Part shown: positions 31,716 through 42,229 of the stretch, piece after piece
Numbering within the stretch: position 1 is the first letter of the stretch
Layout of the letters: every line of letters starts with the position of its first letter
Source of the DNA: an uncultured delta proteobacterium
GTDB lineage: Bacteria; Desulfobacterota; Desulfomonilia; UBA1062
DNA length: 64,000 bases
Assembly (NCBI GenBank): GCA_963785235.1
Contig: CAWAUM010000007.1
Coordinates: 1 to 64,000 of the forward strand
Reading direction: 5' to 3'
The notes under the pieces: model-generated
Databases searched by the model: none
What the model saw: only the letters and a program-made list of their open reading frames with translations
What the model was told of the DNA's origin: nothing
Made by a program: the position numbers and the translations under genes

Positions 31716-32231
31716 ATGGAAACTGATCAGGTAATTCTCGGCCTGCTTATGTCCGGCCCCAAGAGCGGATACAAGATCAAGAACATCACGGGCAAGCTCA
31801 TGATGGCCTTTAACCTGAGCCTCAATCAGATCTATCCTGCGCTGAGGAAACTTGAGGCGGGAAGTCTGGTAAAAAAGGATGTCGTTTACCAGACAGGCAA
31901 GCCTAACATGCATGTCTACTCGCTTACCGATAGGGGGAGAGAGAGCTTTTATAAGTCGCTGACCTCACCGCCGGTGCCTATCGACTATCAGTTGGACTTT
32001 CTCACCAGGGCCTTTTTTTTCCGTTTTCTGCCGAGAGAGGAGATGTGCGCCCAGTTTGACCATGAGATCAGCTCACTTGATGAGCAGCTTGAGGACCTTG
32101 AACAGATACGCCATGATGTTGAAGATCGCAACGATGATGACGGAAAGTTTATCTTTTCCACCATAGTCAGCATGATTCAGATGCTCAAAGACAGGTACAC
32201 AAAGGAGCTCGAGAAGAGAAAAGGGGCGTAA
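31716..32231 (+). CDS. PadR family transcriptional regulator
   Basis: ILGLL..PKSGY, QIYPALRKLE, YSLTDRG. Confidence 0.9.
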   Translation: METDQVILGLLMSGPKSGYKIKNITGKLMMAFNLSLNQIYPALRKLEAGSLVKKDVVYQTGKPNMHVYSLTDRGRESFYKSLTSPPVPIDYQLDFLTRAFFFRFLPREEMCAQFDHEISSLDEQLEDLEQIRHDVEDRNDDDGKFIFSTIVSMIQMLKDRYTKELEKRKGA

Positions 32232-32303
32232 TGTCCCCTCAAAAAAAGCTGAGGATTTCAGTACTCAGGGAAGAAAGTACGGTCAACCAGAGGAGGCGCA
32301 TCA

Positions 32304-33749
32304 ATGAATACGTTTTTCAACCCTACATCTATAGTTGTAGTGGGGGCATCAAATTCACCATTCAATCTCGGTGCAACGATATGCAGGTCTCTCAATGAAT
32401 TCTCACCATTCAGCGCACCGGTCTATGCAGTAAACAGAAAAGGTGAAGATGTCTACGGCTGCCCCGGTCATACGTCTGTCATGGATGTTCCTGGTAACCC
32501 GACCTTGCGGTGATTATTACCCCGGCCCAGGTGGTACCGGGATTTGTCAAGCAGTGCGGAGAAAAGGGGATCAGGCATATTGTCATCGAGAGCTCGGGAT
32601 TCTCAGAGGGCGGAGAGATGGGCAAGATCCTCCAGCGGGAGATTGATGATATCAGACATGCCTATGGTATGCGCATCATGGGCCCCAACTGTCTGGGTGT
32701 TCTCAATACAGAGAATAAGTTCTGCTGCTTCTATGGCGTCCAGAAGGATAACTTCGACACCTTTATCCAGGAATCAGGCGAGATATCGTATATTATCCAG
32801 AGCGGAGGGATCGTCGTGATCGTGCTGGAATCCTTCATGAGTGATGTGGTCAAGGCCGCAAAGATCGTGAGTATCGGCAACAAGAGCGATATCGACGAGT
32901 CGGACATGATCGAATATTTCAATACCGATGATAAGACCAAGGTTATCTGCATGTATATGGAAAACATCAAGGATGGCAGAAAGTTCATCGAGGTTGCAAG
33001 GAAAGTGACTAAAGCCCATCCTTGTCTTCAAGGTGGGCAGGACGTCAGAGGGCGTTCGTGCCGCACAGTCTCACACCGCCGGTATGGCGAACAATGACCT
33101 CATCTTCGAGAACGCCTGCAAACAGGCCGGTGTCATCCGGGTCAATTCCATTTCTGAGCTGCATTCCATGCCCAAGATCTTCACCCATATGCCGCCTCTG
33201 AAGGGCAAGAGAATAGCCATGTTTACAAACTCAGGCGCCTTCGGCGGCATCACGGCGGATCTGCTCATTCAGTCAGGACTCGAGATGGCCAAGCTTTCTC
33301 CTGAGACCCAGGAAAGGCTTTCAAGGACCGGCCAGATTTTCAATGTGACGAACCCCATTGATCTCGGCCCCGCTCTGTCCATGCAGACCTTCCTGGAGAT
33401 CTTCGACATCCTGCTTTCATCCGATGAAGTGGACGGACTCCTGCCTGTACCGAGTCTATGGCATCCAATGGTTATCGAGGCAATCATGGAACTTGTCAAG
33501 AAATGCCATGAGTATGGCAAACCTGCAGCCATCTACACACCGAACGCAGCAGATAAAACCATAGCCTACCGGGGTAAGTACAATGTCCCTCTGTTCGAAT
33601 CCCCTGAAGAGGCGGTCAGGGCATTAGCTGTCTCAAATCGTCAATACAACTACCAGCTGATGAAGGAGGAAATGTTCAGTAGGACTTATTATAAGACCCG
33701 TCTCAGCCAGAGTGGTGATGCCTATGGGGATTTTGCTGAAGGTGCTTGA
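32304..33749 (+). CDS. Acyl-CoA ligase (ADP-forming) alpha-like; frameshifts ~32499 and ~33011
   Basis: FNPTSIVVVGAS, GPNCLG, QSGG, SHTAGMA, NPIDLG spread over three frames. Confidence 0.82.
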
Positions 33750-33780
33750 CAGGTATCAGTGATTCGAAGGTTCAGGACAT

Positions 33781-34729
33781 TCATCCATAATCGATCACTG
33801 CAAAGTATTCCTCGATCCTCTGAGCAATAAGGCCGGGCTTGTCCAGGAGACATGCCTCCATACGGAAATGCGCGGCGCCGTGCAGTCCTTTGACATAGGA
33901 TGAGAGGAACTTCCTCATATGACGCACACCCGATTTTGCCCCATGACAGGCACAGAGCATGTCAAGGTGAGAGAGCATGAGTTCCTTGTGTTCATTCAAT
34001 GGAAAGCGAAGGGCCGCCTGCAAGCTCGCGGAAGATCCACGGTCTGCCGATTGCCCCCCTGCCGATCATGAAGGCGTCTGCACCCATGCCCTTGAGCATG
34101 TTCACATCATCTGTTGTGCGGATATCCCCGCTGGCTATAACAGGGATCATGATGCGGTTTTTCACCTCCTGGAGAACCTCCCACCTGGGAATGCCCCGGT
34201 ACATGTCAGAGCGCGTTCTGGGGTGAAGTATGATGGAATCTGCGCCCGCATATTCCAGGGCCTCGGCCAGGGCAGGGGCATTCAGAGAGTCTGCATCCCA
34301 TCCGGAGCGCATCTTGATGCTTACCGGGATATTGACACGCCTGATCACGGTCTCTGCCAGGCGGACAGCAAGATCCGGGTCGGTCATAAGGGCCACGCCT
34401 GCACCCTTTGATACTACCTTCTTTACCGGGCAGCCCATGTTAATGTCGATGCCATCAAAGCCCTGGTCCTCGATCATGTGAGCCGCCTGAGCCGCCTCTT
34501 CGGGCGAATTGGTGAAGATCTGGGCAACCAGGGGCGTATCTTCGGGCGGTCTCTTCAGGATTGCCCCTGTGTTTTGCGTGTTCCGGATAAGGCCTGCAGC
34601 ACTGATCATCTCGGTATAGCACAGCTCTGCCCCGTATTCCCTGCAAAGCATCCTCATGGGCCAGCTCGAGTATCCCGAAAGCGGGGCAAGGAAGAGTCCT
34701 TTGTCGAAATTGAGTTTGTATGCCCTCAT
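33781..34729 (-). CDS. tRNA-dihydrouridine synthase (DusB-like); frameshift ~34000
   Basis: LAPL, DINMGCP, GRGAIGRPW, then MRKFLSSYVKG. Confidence 0.88.
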
Positions 34730-34732
34730 GTC

Positions 34733-35644
34733 TCAGCCGACCATACAGCCCTGGGTTATTCCGGAAGAGACCAGGTCCTCATGGATGGCCTGGCGCACCT
34801 TGCCCTTGTCCAATGCCCATTTCGGTTCAACGAGCTCATCAGCATGCGGGTCGCCGGTGATGCGCTGTATTACGATGTCTTCACGGAGATGGGCGATGAA
34901 TTGCGCCACGGCCCGGGCGTATTCTTTCTGGGACAAAGGTGTATATTCGCCACTTTGATACATTGCCTCAAGAGGTGTGCCTTTGACCACATAGAGCAGG
35001 TGGATCTTGATGTCGGTAATGGGCAGCGAGGATATGGTTCGTGCTGTAGAAACATAGTCATCCATTCCTTCTCCGGGAAGCCCGATAATGACATGGGCGC
35101 ACTGGCGCACCTTGAAGTGTGAGGTAAGGGTGACTGCATCAATGAATGTCTTCACATCGTGACCCCGGTTGATGCGCAAGAGCGTGTCATCGTTGCCTGA
35201 CTGGAGTCCGTATTCCATCCAGATGAGGCGCCCAGGGGTGTATGATTCGATGAGCCTGAGCTTGTCTTGGTCTATACAGTCAGGACGGGTCCCGATAGCA
35301 AGGCCCTTGATCTCGGGATAGGGGAGAATGGTATCAAAAATGGATTTCAGTTCATCCAGAGGTGCATGGGTGTTGGAAAATGACTGGAAATAGGCGATAA
35401 AGGCCTGGGCCTTGTAACGCCTCTTCATGGCCTGCATCTGCTCCTCGATCTGTTCCTTAAGGCTGATGCCACGGCCAAGCGCGCCGGTTCCGGAGCCTTG
35501 GGCATTGCAGTAAATGCAACCGCCTCTCTTGAACGAGTCGCGGTGCGGGCAGGTCAGGCCCGCGTCGAGGGTGATCTTCTGTACACGGACGCCGAAGCGT
35601 TCACGAAGAATGGTGTTGAGCGTCTTGTACGGGAGCCCTGTCAT
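34733..35644 (-). CDS. TIGR01212/YhcC family radical SAM protein
   Basis: GLTCPHRD...GGCIYC, GTRPDC. Confidence 0.9.
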   Translation of the reverse strand: MTGLPYKTLNTILRERFGVRVQKITLDAGLTCPHRDSFKRGGCIYCNAQGSGTGALGRGISLKEQIEEQMQAMKRRYKAQAFIAYFQSFSNTHAPLDELKSIFDTILPYPEIKGLAIGTRPDCIDQDKLRLIESYTPGRLIWMEYGLQSGNDDTLLRINRGHDVKTFIDAVTLTSHFKVRQCAHVIIGLPGEGMDDYVSTARTISSLPITDIKIHLLYVVKGTPLEAMYQSGEYTPLSQKEYARAVAQFIAHLREDIVIQRITGDPHADELVEPKWALDKGKVRQAIHEDLVSSGITQGCMVG

Positions 35645-35682
35645 TTAAGAAAAAAGGGAAGTCAAAACTCCCGAGCTTAAGC

Positions 35683-36753
35683 TCATACTTTGAGCCCGAT
35701 CATGATGTCCTGCAGGGCCTTGTTGATAGGAACGCCCTCTTTCTTGCGGCGCTCGATCATCTCGAATTCCTTCTCGCCTGCAAGGAAGATCCTGTCCTGG
35801 CCGGGGACCTTGGCGGAAGCCCTTATCTCGCGCATGATGGAGCCGGTAATCATCTTGAAGACCTTAACAGGAACGAAGCTCTCGATGTTGATGGCGACAA
35901 AGAAGTGCCCGAGCCGGTGGGGGACGCTTTTCTCACCGTCAAGACCGGTCAGGTCCTTGCCGAAGCTTCCGCCGGAGAAGGCCGCGCAGAGGATTTCCAC
36001 CATGACACCCAGGCCGTAGCCCTTGTGCCCCCCGAGTTCTTCGCCTGCTCCGCCTAATGGCAGCAGCGATGCAGTGCCGTCAACGAACAGCTTCAGCAGT
36101 GCATTGCTGTCCGTCGGCTCGTTGCCGTTCATATCAATGGTGAGGCCTTTCGGTGTTGGCTTGCCCTCACGGGCATAGACCTCTATCTTGCCGCGCTGGG
36201 TGGTTGACGTGGCGATATCCAGCAGGAAGGGATATGCTTCATCACAGGGCGCGCCGAAACTGATGGGGTTTGTCCCGATCATCGGCTCCACGCCATAGGT
36301 GGGCGCCACAGAAGGCCGCGCATTGGAAAAGGCAAGACCTACCATGTTGTTCTTGACAGCCATGGTAGGATAGTAGCCGGTAATGCCGAAGTGGGTGCTG
36401 TTTTTTACCGCAACTATGCCTATGTTATTTTTCCTGGCCTTGTCGATGGCGAGCTGCATGGCGTTGTAAGCCACTATGTGGCCCAGAGAGTCACCCCCGT
36501 CAATGAGCGCGGTATTATCGGTTTCCTTGATAATGGTCTGCCGGTCGACCGGGCTGATGATGCCGTCCTTCATGCGGTCCACATACATCTTGAACCTTCC
36601 GATGCCGTGGGATTCGACACCCCTTAAATCCGACTCAATGAGAACGGTTGCACAGATCTGGGCATCCGCCTCGGGGACGCCAAGGGCGATAAAGCCTTCT
36701 TTCATGAATCGTTCCAGTTCCTGATGATCAACATAAATCAAGTCTGATGACAT
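35683..36753 (-). CDS. Ldh_2 family (malate/L-lactate/sulfolactate-type) oxidoreductase
   Basis: RGVESHG, STHFG, GTNPI, GHKGYGL. Confidence 0.9.
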   Translation of the reverse strand: MSSDLIYVDHQELERFMKEGFIALGVPEADAQICATVLIESDLRGVESHGIGRFKMYVDRMKDGIISPVDRQTIIKETDNTALIDGGDSLGHIVAYNAMQLAIDKARKNNIGIVAVKNSTHFGITGYYPTMAVKNNMVGLAFSNARPSVAPTYGVEPMIGTNPISFGAPCDEAYPFLLDIATSTTQRGKIEVYAREGKPTPKGLTIDMNGNEPTDSNALLKLFVDGTASLLPLGGAGEELGGHKGYGLGVMVEILCAAFSGGSFGKDLTGLDGEKSVPHRLGHFFVAINIESFVPVKVFKMITGSIMREIRASAKVPGQDRIFLAGEKEFEMIERRKKEGVPINKALQDIMIGLKV

Positions 36754-36879
36754 ACTGATTTTCCCTTTTTCTTTAGATGGTATTATAGCTCAGCGGGTTT
36801 CTTACCAGATCACTCTCTTTTCGGAAAGGGTAAAATCATTCGCAGGCATGGAGTGATGGATCACTGGGGGTCTTGAAGG

Positions 36880-37809
36880 TCAAGCGATATCGCTCAGATG
36901 CGCCTTTGCCGTTTCCATGAACAGCAGGTGCTGAGGCAGGGCGGTGAACTGTTTCCTGCGGATCATAAAGAAGGACCGCTTGATCTTCGGGCCTGCCAGG
37001 GGGACACGGACAAGGATGCCCTGGGTGAGCTCGCGCCTCACCGCATGGATGGAAAGCACGGAAATACCGAGACCTGCGATGACTGATTCTTTTACCGCCT
37101 CTGTGGAGCCCATTTCGCTCACAATCTGAAAATTTAGAAGCATGGTTTCATGCTGATCTTTAAGAAATTCATCAAATACAGACATGGTGCCTGATCCCTT
37201 TTCCCTGATAATAAACGGTTCCTGTGCCAGCTCGGAGATACTCACCCCGGAAGAGGCCTCCCAGGGATGGCCTTTGCAGGCGATGAGAATAAGCTCATCG
37301 TTCCAGACAGGCTCGGACAGCAGCCTTTTATCGTGAACCGGTTTTCCTATGAACCCGATCTCCGCATGACCGTCAATCACCATGTGGATGACACTGTCAC
37401 TGTCCCCTGGAGATAAATGGACCCTGATTTCCGGGTATGTTTTTTTCAGCGAGGTGAGGACCGTGGGGAGTAGGTAGGTAGCAGGTATGGTGCTGGCGCT
37501 GGTAAAGATGAGGCCCGAGGCAGTATCTTTTGCCAGCATGATCTTGTCGCGGGCCTCGTCCCTGAGCCGCAATATCCTCTTGGCGTACCCATAGAGGATG
37601 GTGCCTTCGGAAGTGAGGCTGATGCCGGACTTGGTCCGGTTGATGAGCCGGCACGAGGTGAAGTCCTCAAGGTTTTTGATATGCTTGCTCAGAGAAGGCT
37701 GGGTAAGCAGCATCTTGCGGGCAGCCCTGGAGAAGCTCCGCTCCTCAACAAGACACACCATTGCATCCAACTGCTGGAGTGTGATGTGTCTGAACTGGTC
37801 GGTATTCAT
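36880..37809 (-). CDS. LysR regulator (selenium-metabolism-associated type)
   Basis: SFSRAA..LTQPSLS HTH, ASTIP, REKGSGT; divergent from selD. Confidence 0.85.
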   Translation of the reverse strand: MNTDQFRHITLQQLDAMVCLVEERSFSRAARKMLLTQPSLSKHIKNLEDFTSCRLINRTKSGISLTSEGTILYGYAKRILRLRDEARDKIMLAKDTASGLIFTSASTIPATYLLPTVLTSLKKTYPEIRVHLSPGDSDSVIHMVIDGHAEIGFIGKPVHDKRLLSEPVWNDELILIACKGHPWEASSGVSISELAQEPFIIREKGSGTMSVFDEFLKDQHETMLLNFQIVSEMGSTEAVKESVIAGLGISVLSIHAVRRELTQGILVRVPLAGPKIKRSFFMIRRKQFTALPQHLLFMETAKAHLSDIA

Positions 37810-37968
37810 GATTCTGCATCATACCTTGGGTATTTTGGGGTATCAATGGAAACATTTCTTATTTTGAGTTATAGATGGTTGAGAAACAGGCACTCGGCGG
37901 GCTTCAGGCATGGATCGAGGGAGTATCTCCTTTGACGAGCGCATAGCGCCTGTGAAAATGGAGAGAAA

Positions 37969-39015
37969 ATGGACAAAAAGGTGAAACTTACCACTACCGT
38001 CCACGGCGCTGGTTGAGCCTGCAAGCTCGGTCCGGAGTTTCTGGACAAGGCATTGCGCTCGATAGCGGTCATGCATGACCCGAACCTGATCGTCGGCATG
38101 GACAGGCCCGATGACGCGGGGGTGTACAGGATCGCCCGGGATCTGGCACTGATCCTTACCCTGGATTTTTTTACCCCCATCGTGGACGATCCTTATGATT
38201 TCGGCCAGATCGCGGTGGCCAATGCCTTAAGCGATGTCTATGCCATGGGAGGCAGGCCGCTGCTTGCCATGAATATTATATGTTTCCCTGAGAAGACTAT
38301 GGATATTACAATTTTGCAGGAGATCTTACGGGGGGGCTCAGACAAGATGGTCGAGGCCGGTGTCCTGCTGGTGGGAGGACACAGCGTGGACGATCCTGAG
38401 ATCAAATACGGCCTGTCCGTTACCGGCACAGTCCACCCGGACAAGGTCCTGAAAAATACCGGGGGCATACCGGGTGATGCGGTCATCCTCACCAAGCCAT
38501 TGGGGTGCGGGATTATCAGCACTGCCATCAAGGCGGACATGGCAACCACGGCAGCCGAGGAAAAGGCCGTCCGATCAATGAAGACCCTCAATGGAAAGGC
38601 TGCCAAGATCATGGAGGGATTTACGGTCCATGCCTGCACGGATGTAACCGGCTTCGGCCTGCTGGGCCATGCATGCGAAATGATAGAGGGCACTGATGTG
38701 GGCCTGAAAATCCATGCATCGCAGGTGCATGTCTTTCCTGAGGCACTGGAATATGCCCGCATGGGGTTGATCCCAGGGGGGGCATACCGGAACAGGGAAT
38801 TCAGGGCTAAGATGGTGGATATTCAACAAGGCATCAGTGATGAGCTTGCAATAACACTTTTCGACCCGCAGACCTCAGGCGGCCTGCTCATCGTACTGCC
38901 CGGCAATGATGCCGAAAAGCTTGTCTTACAGCTTAGAGAAGGCGGTGTTGAAGAGGCAGCAATTATCGGCGAGATCACTGATGCCCATCCGGGAAGGATT
39001 GTAGTTGAAAAGTGA
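37969..39015 (+). CDS. selD: Selenophosphate synthetase with selenocysteine (UGA at 38014-38016)
   Basis: MDKKVKLTTTVHGAG-U-ACK in frame with LDFFTP, ANALSDVYAMGG, DVTGFGLLGH, DPQTSGGLL. Confidence 0.95.
38017..38051 (+). promoter_or_regulatory. Putative bacterial SECIS hairpin
   Basis: GTCCGGA-GTT-TCTGGAC stem starting 13 nt after UGA; GCCT/AGGC lower stem. Confidence 0.6.
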
Positions 39016-39127
39016 CCGGCTACTAATCACTGTTCACTCTTCTCATGTATGTCTTCTTGTAATTATCCTGGTTTGTGATTAAATAGACCTGTTAAAGAAA
39101 CCAATAATTATCTGAGGGGGAATGTAT

Positions 39128-39925
39128 ATGAAGAAAGGATTATTGACTGTTCTCTTAATGGCAGCGCTGGCCTTTGTGTTCACGAACACCGTATTTGCAG
39201 CTGACGACGGTTCATGGGACAGGGTAAAGAAAGAGGGCAAGCTTACGATCGGTATTGATGATGCCTTCCCGCCGATGGAGTTCCGCAACGACAAGAATGA
39301 GCTTGTGGGCTTTGACATTGATGCATCAAAGGAGCTTGCGAAGAGGCTCGGTATCAAGGTTGAGCATATCCCCACCGTATGGGACACCGTTATCTTGTCG
39401 CTCAAGTCCAAGAAGTTCGACATCATCTGGTCCGGCATGTCCATTACTGCAGAACGTGAAAAAGAGATCGCCTTCACCAAGGCCTATATCATGGAGAAGC
39501 AGGTCATCGTGGTAAAGAAGGGCAATAAGAAGATCAAGGGACTAAAGGACCTCACCGAGGCAACCATTGTGGGGGTACAGCTCGGCTCAACCTCGGAAGA
39601 AGCCCTTAAGAAGCTGAACAAGAAGTTCAAGGAGATCAAAAAGTACGACAAGAACACCGATGCCTTCATGGACCTGAAGATCGGCAGGATCGACGCCTTG
39701 GCAGTAGATGAGCTGGTCGGCCGGTACTACCTCTCCCAGAAGCCCGGCGAATACTCTGTCATCAAGGAAGAGCTTCTCTCAGAGCCCATCGGCATAGGCA
39801 TGAGAAAAGAGGATGTCGCGTTAAAGGAAAAGATCCAGAAGACCTTGGAAGGCATGTTCAAGGATGGCACCATGAAGAAGATATCCATCAAGTGGTTCGG
39901 GGATGACATCACTTCCTGGAAATAA
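39128..39925 (+). CDS. Polar amino-acid ABC transporter substrate-binding protein
   Basis: Signal peptide, FPPMEF, GFDID, GVQLGST. Confidence 0.92.
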   Translation: MKKGLLTVLLMAALAFVFTNTVFAADDGSWDRVKKEGKLTIGIDDAFPPMEFRNDKNELVGFDIDASKELAKRLGIKVEHIPTVWDTVILSLKSKKFDIIWSGMSITAEREKEIAFTKAYIMEKQVIVVKKGNKKIKGLKDLTEATIVGVQLGSTSEEALKKLNKKFKEIKKYDKNTDAFMDLKIGRIDALAVDELVGRYYLSQKPGEYSVIKEELLSEPIGIGMRKEDVALKEKIQKTLEGMFKDGTMKKISIKWFGDDITSWK

Positions 39926-40964
39926 GACCATAACCATTCTCAGGCACAGCGCGTTCTTCGGCGCGCTGTGCCTTTTGTATCTCATTACCCTCTTATTCTG
40001 TAATACTGCAGCGTATGCTGCTGCAGGGCCGGATCCGTCCGCACTTTTGGCCAAGGGAATGCAGCTGATCCAGGAAGACAGGGGCGATGAAGCTGTAGTG
40101 TTATTCAAGAAGGTCCCGACGCCGGCCCCTGGTGAAGATGCAGGGCCATTCGTACGATCACGGGTGGAGGCGGCAAAGATCCTCTTCAGCAAAAAGGATT
40201 ATTCAGGAAGCTCGGTAATGTGTCATGAGATCCTTGCATTGCTGCCGGATAACCTCGAGGCCAACAATCTCCTTGCCGAGATTCAGGCAACCCAGACCCC
40301 TGAATGGCTCCGCTTCCTCAAGGACATGAGAAAATTTCTCCCCACCCTGGCGAAGGCCACCATCATGACCTTGCTCCTTGTCTTCATCACCATGATAATA
40401 TCGCCTATTGGCGGTCTCTTCATAGCCCTTGGCAGGATCAGCCGCATCAAGGTACTTTCGTCCTTTTTCTGGTGCTTTATCTGGATTTTCAGGGGCACTC
40501 CGCTTCTCCTGCAGCTTTTCTTTATCTACTACGCACTGCCGTCCTTAGGCATTACCTTAAAACCTTTTACCGCTGCCGTGCTCGGCCTGGGCCTGAATTA
40601 CTCGGCCTACTTGGCTGAGATCATGCGCGGGGCTATTGAAAGCATCGACTCCGGCCAGATGGAGGCTGCCAAGGCCATTGGGATGAGCTATTGGCAGGCC
40701 ATGCGGCGGATCATCATACCCCAGACCTACAAACGCCTCGTACCGCCGGTAGGCAATGAATTCATCGCACTTATCAAGGACACCGCATTGGTATCCACCA
40801 TTGCCATGGTGGAGCTCATGAGGGCTGCAAACCAGATTTTCAGCGCTACGTTCAATGTGTATATTCTTATCGAGGCAGCCTTTATCTATCTCATTCTCAC
40901 GAGTATCTTCACCGTATCCTTCAGAAAGATTGAGGACCGACTGGGGGTATATGAAATCCGATGA
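39903..40964 (+). CDS. Amino-acid ABC permease with N-terminal TPR-like extension
   Basis: FRGTPLLLQL, SAYLAEIMRG, GQMEAAKAIG; ~135 extra N-terminal residues. Confidence 0.88.
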   Translation: MTSLPGNKTITILRHSAFFGALCLLYLITLLFCNTAAYAAAGPDPSALLAKGMQLIQEDRGDEAVVLFKKVPTPAPGEDAGPFVRSRVEAAKILFSKKDYSGSSVMCHEILALLPDNLEANNLLAEIQATQTPEWLRFLKDMRKFLPTLAKATIMTLLLVFITMIISPIGGLFIALGRISRIKVLSSFFWCFIWIFRGTPLLLQLFFIYYALPSLGITLKPFTAAVLGLGLNYSAYLAEIMRGAIESIDSGQMEAAKAIGMSYWQAMRRIIIPQTYKRLVPPVGNEFIALIKDTALVSTIAMVELMRAANQIFSATFNVYILIEAAFIYLILTSIFTVSFRKIEDRLGVYEIR

Positions 40965-41719
40965 TTGAACTGCAGGGGGTTCTCAAACGCTTCGGTAGTT
41001 TTACTGCCGTGGATCATGTAGATCTTACTATCAATGAAGGCGAGAGGATCGTCATCATCGGGCCGTCAGGATCAGGTAAGACCACCTTGCTCAGGATGAT
41101 TAACTTTCTTGCAAAGATCGATGAGGGCAGAATCCTTCTGGACGGTATGGAGGTCGGTTACCGGCGCGACAAAAAGGGAAGGCTCATTCTGGAAAAACCC
41201 GAGGTGATCTGCAAGCTGCGATCAGAAATAGGCATGGTATTCCAGCATTTTCACCTCTTTCCCCACATGACAGCGCTGCAAAATGTCATGGAAGGGCCTG
41301 TAACGGTAAAAAGGATGCCAAGAGAAGAGGCCAGGGATATTGCCCTTGATATCCTGGGTAAGGTCGGGCTGCTTGACAAGAAAGATGTCTTTCCTGCCTT
41401 TCTTTCGGGCGGACAGAAACAGCGCGTGGCCATTGCCAGGGCACTGGCTATGAAACCCAGGCTCATGCTCTTTGATGAGCCCACTTCAGCCCTGGATCCG
41501 GAGCTGGTGGGCGAGGTCTTCGGGACGATCAAAGCCTTGGCTGCTGAAGGCATGACCATGGTGATCGTCACCCATCAGATGGGATTTGCCCGGGAGATGG
41601 CTGACCGGGTGATCTTTATGGATAACGGTGCCTTTATCTTTGACGGGCCCCCTTGTGAGGTGTTTTCAGAGAATATGGACAACCCCAGGGTCAAGTCCTT
41701 TATGGAAAAGGTACTGTAG
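40961..41719 (+). CDS. Amino-acid ABC ATP-binding protein
   Basis: GPSGSGKT, LSGGQKQR, FDEPTSALDPE. Confidence 0.93.
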   Translation: MIELQGVLKRFGSFTAVDHVDLTINEGERIVIIGPSGSGKTTLLRMINFLAKIDEGRILLDGMEVGYRRDKKGRLILEKPEVICKLRSEIGMVFQHFHLFPHMTALQNVMEGPVTVKRMPREEARDIALDILGKVGLLDKKDVFPAFLSGGQKQRVAIARALAMKPRLMLFDEPTSALDPELVGEVFGTIKALAAEGMTMVIVTHQMGFAREMADRVIFMDNGAFIFDGPPCEVFSENMDNPRVKSFMEKVL

Positions 41720-41739
41720 ATATGTGTGGGTAGTCAACC

Positions 41740-42159
41740 TCACATAACCGACATGATCTTGGTGAGTCGTGTCAGAAGTATGGGGTGGAAGAACATGCCC
41801 TGGATCTTGAGGTCGCCATTCCATAGCTGCTTAAGCACATTCATGCCCGCCTCGTCGAAGTAGTAAGGAAGCCCGAACTTGATGTTGATGGCATTGAGCG
41901 AAATGATATTCTCCGAGCTGGAGTTAATGATGAGGTCGGGCTTGCCCAGGATACCCGGTTCGATCCGTAGCCGTCCGCCTGCGAAGATGAGCGTAACTGC
42001 TGCCTCTATGTCCGGCAGGTTCAGTGCCACTACACCGAACATGTTATTAAATGTAGCCATCTTTTTGGGTTTCTGCTGAAGATTGCCCGAGAGGAGATCT
42101 GCGATTACATAGGAAAAGGGCACCTCTTCGGCGCGGTTATCAACAATAGTTTCTGCCAT
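41740..42159 (-). CDS. SCP2-like (sterol carrier fold) protein
   Basis: PDLIINSS...LWNGDLKIQG pattern; RBS GGAGG. Confidence 0.6.
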   Translation of the reverse strand: MAETIVDNRAEEVPFSYVIADLLSGNLQQKPKKMATFNNMFGVVALNLPDIEAAVTLIFAGGRLRIEPGILGKPDLIINSSSENIISLNAINIKFGLPYYFDEAGMNVLKQLWNGDLKIQGMFFHPILLTRLTKIMSVM

Positions 42160-42192
42160 GATAAATCCCTCCTGGAAATGTAGAGTTGTAAA

Positions 42193-42221
42193 GGGAAGGG
42201 GGCTTTCATGCCTCCCTTCCC
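42193..42221 (-). terminator. Hairpin between adh and the distal SCP2 gene
   Basis: Minus strand gggaagggaggc-atgaaa-gcccccttccc then ttt. Confidence 0.45.
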
Positions 42222-42229
42222 TGGAATCC

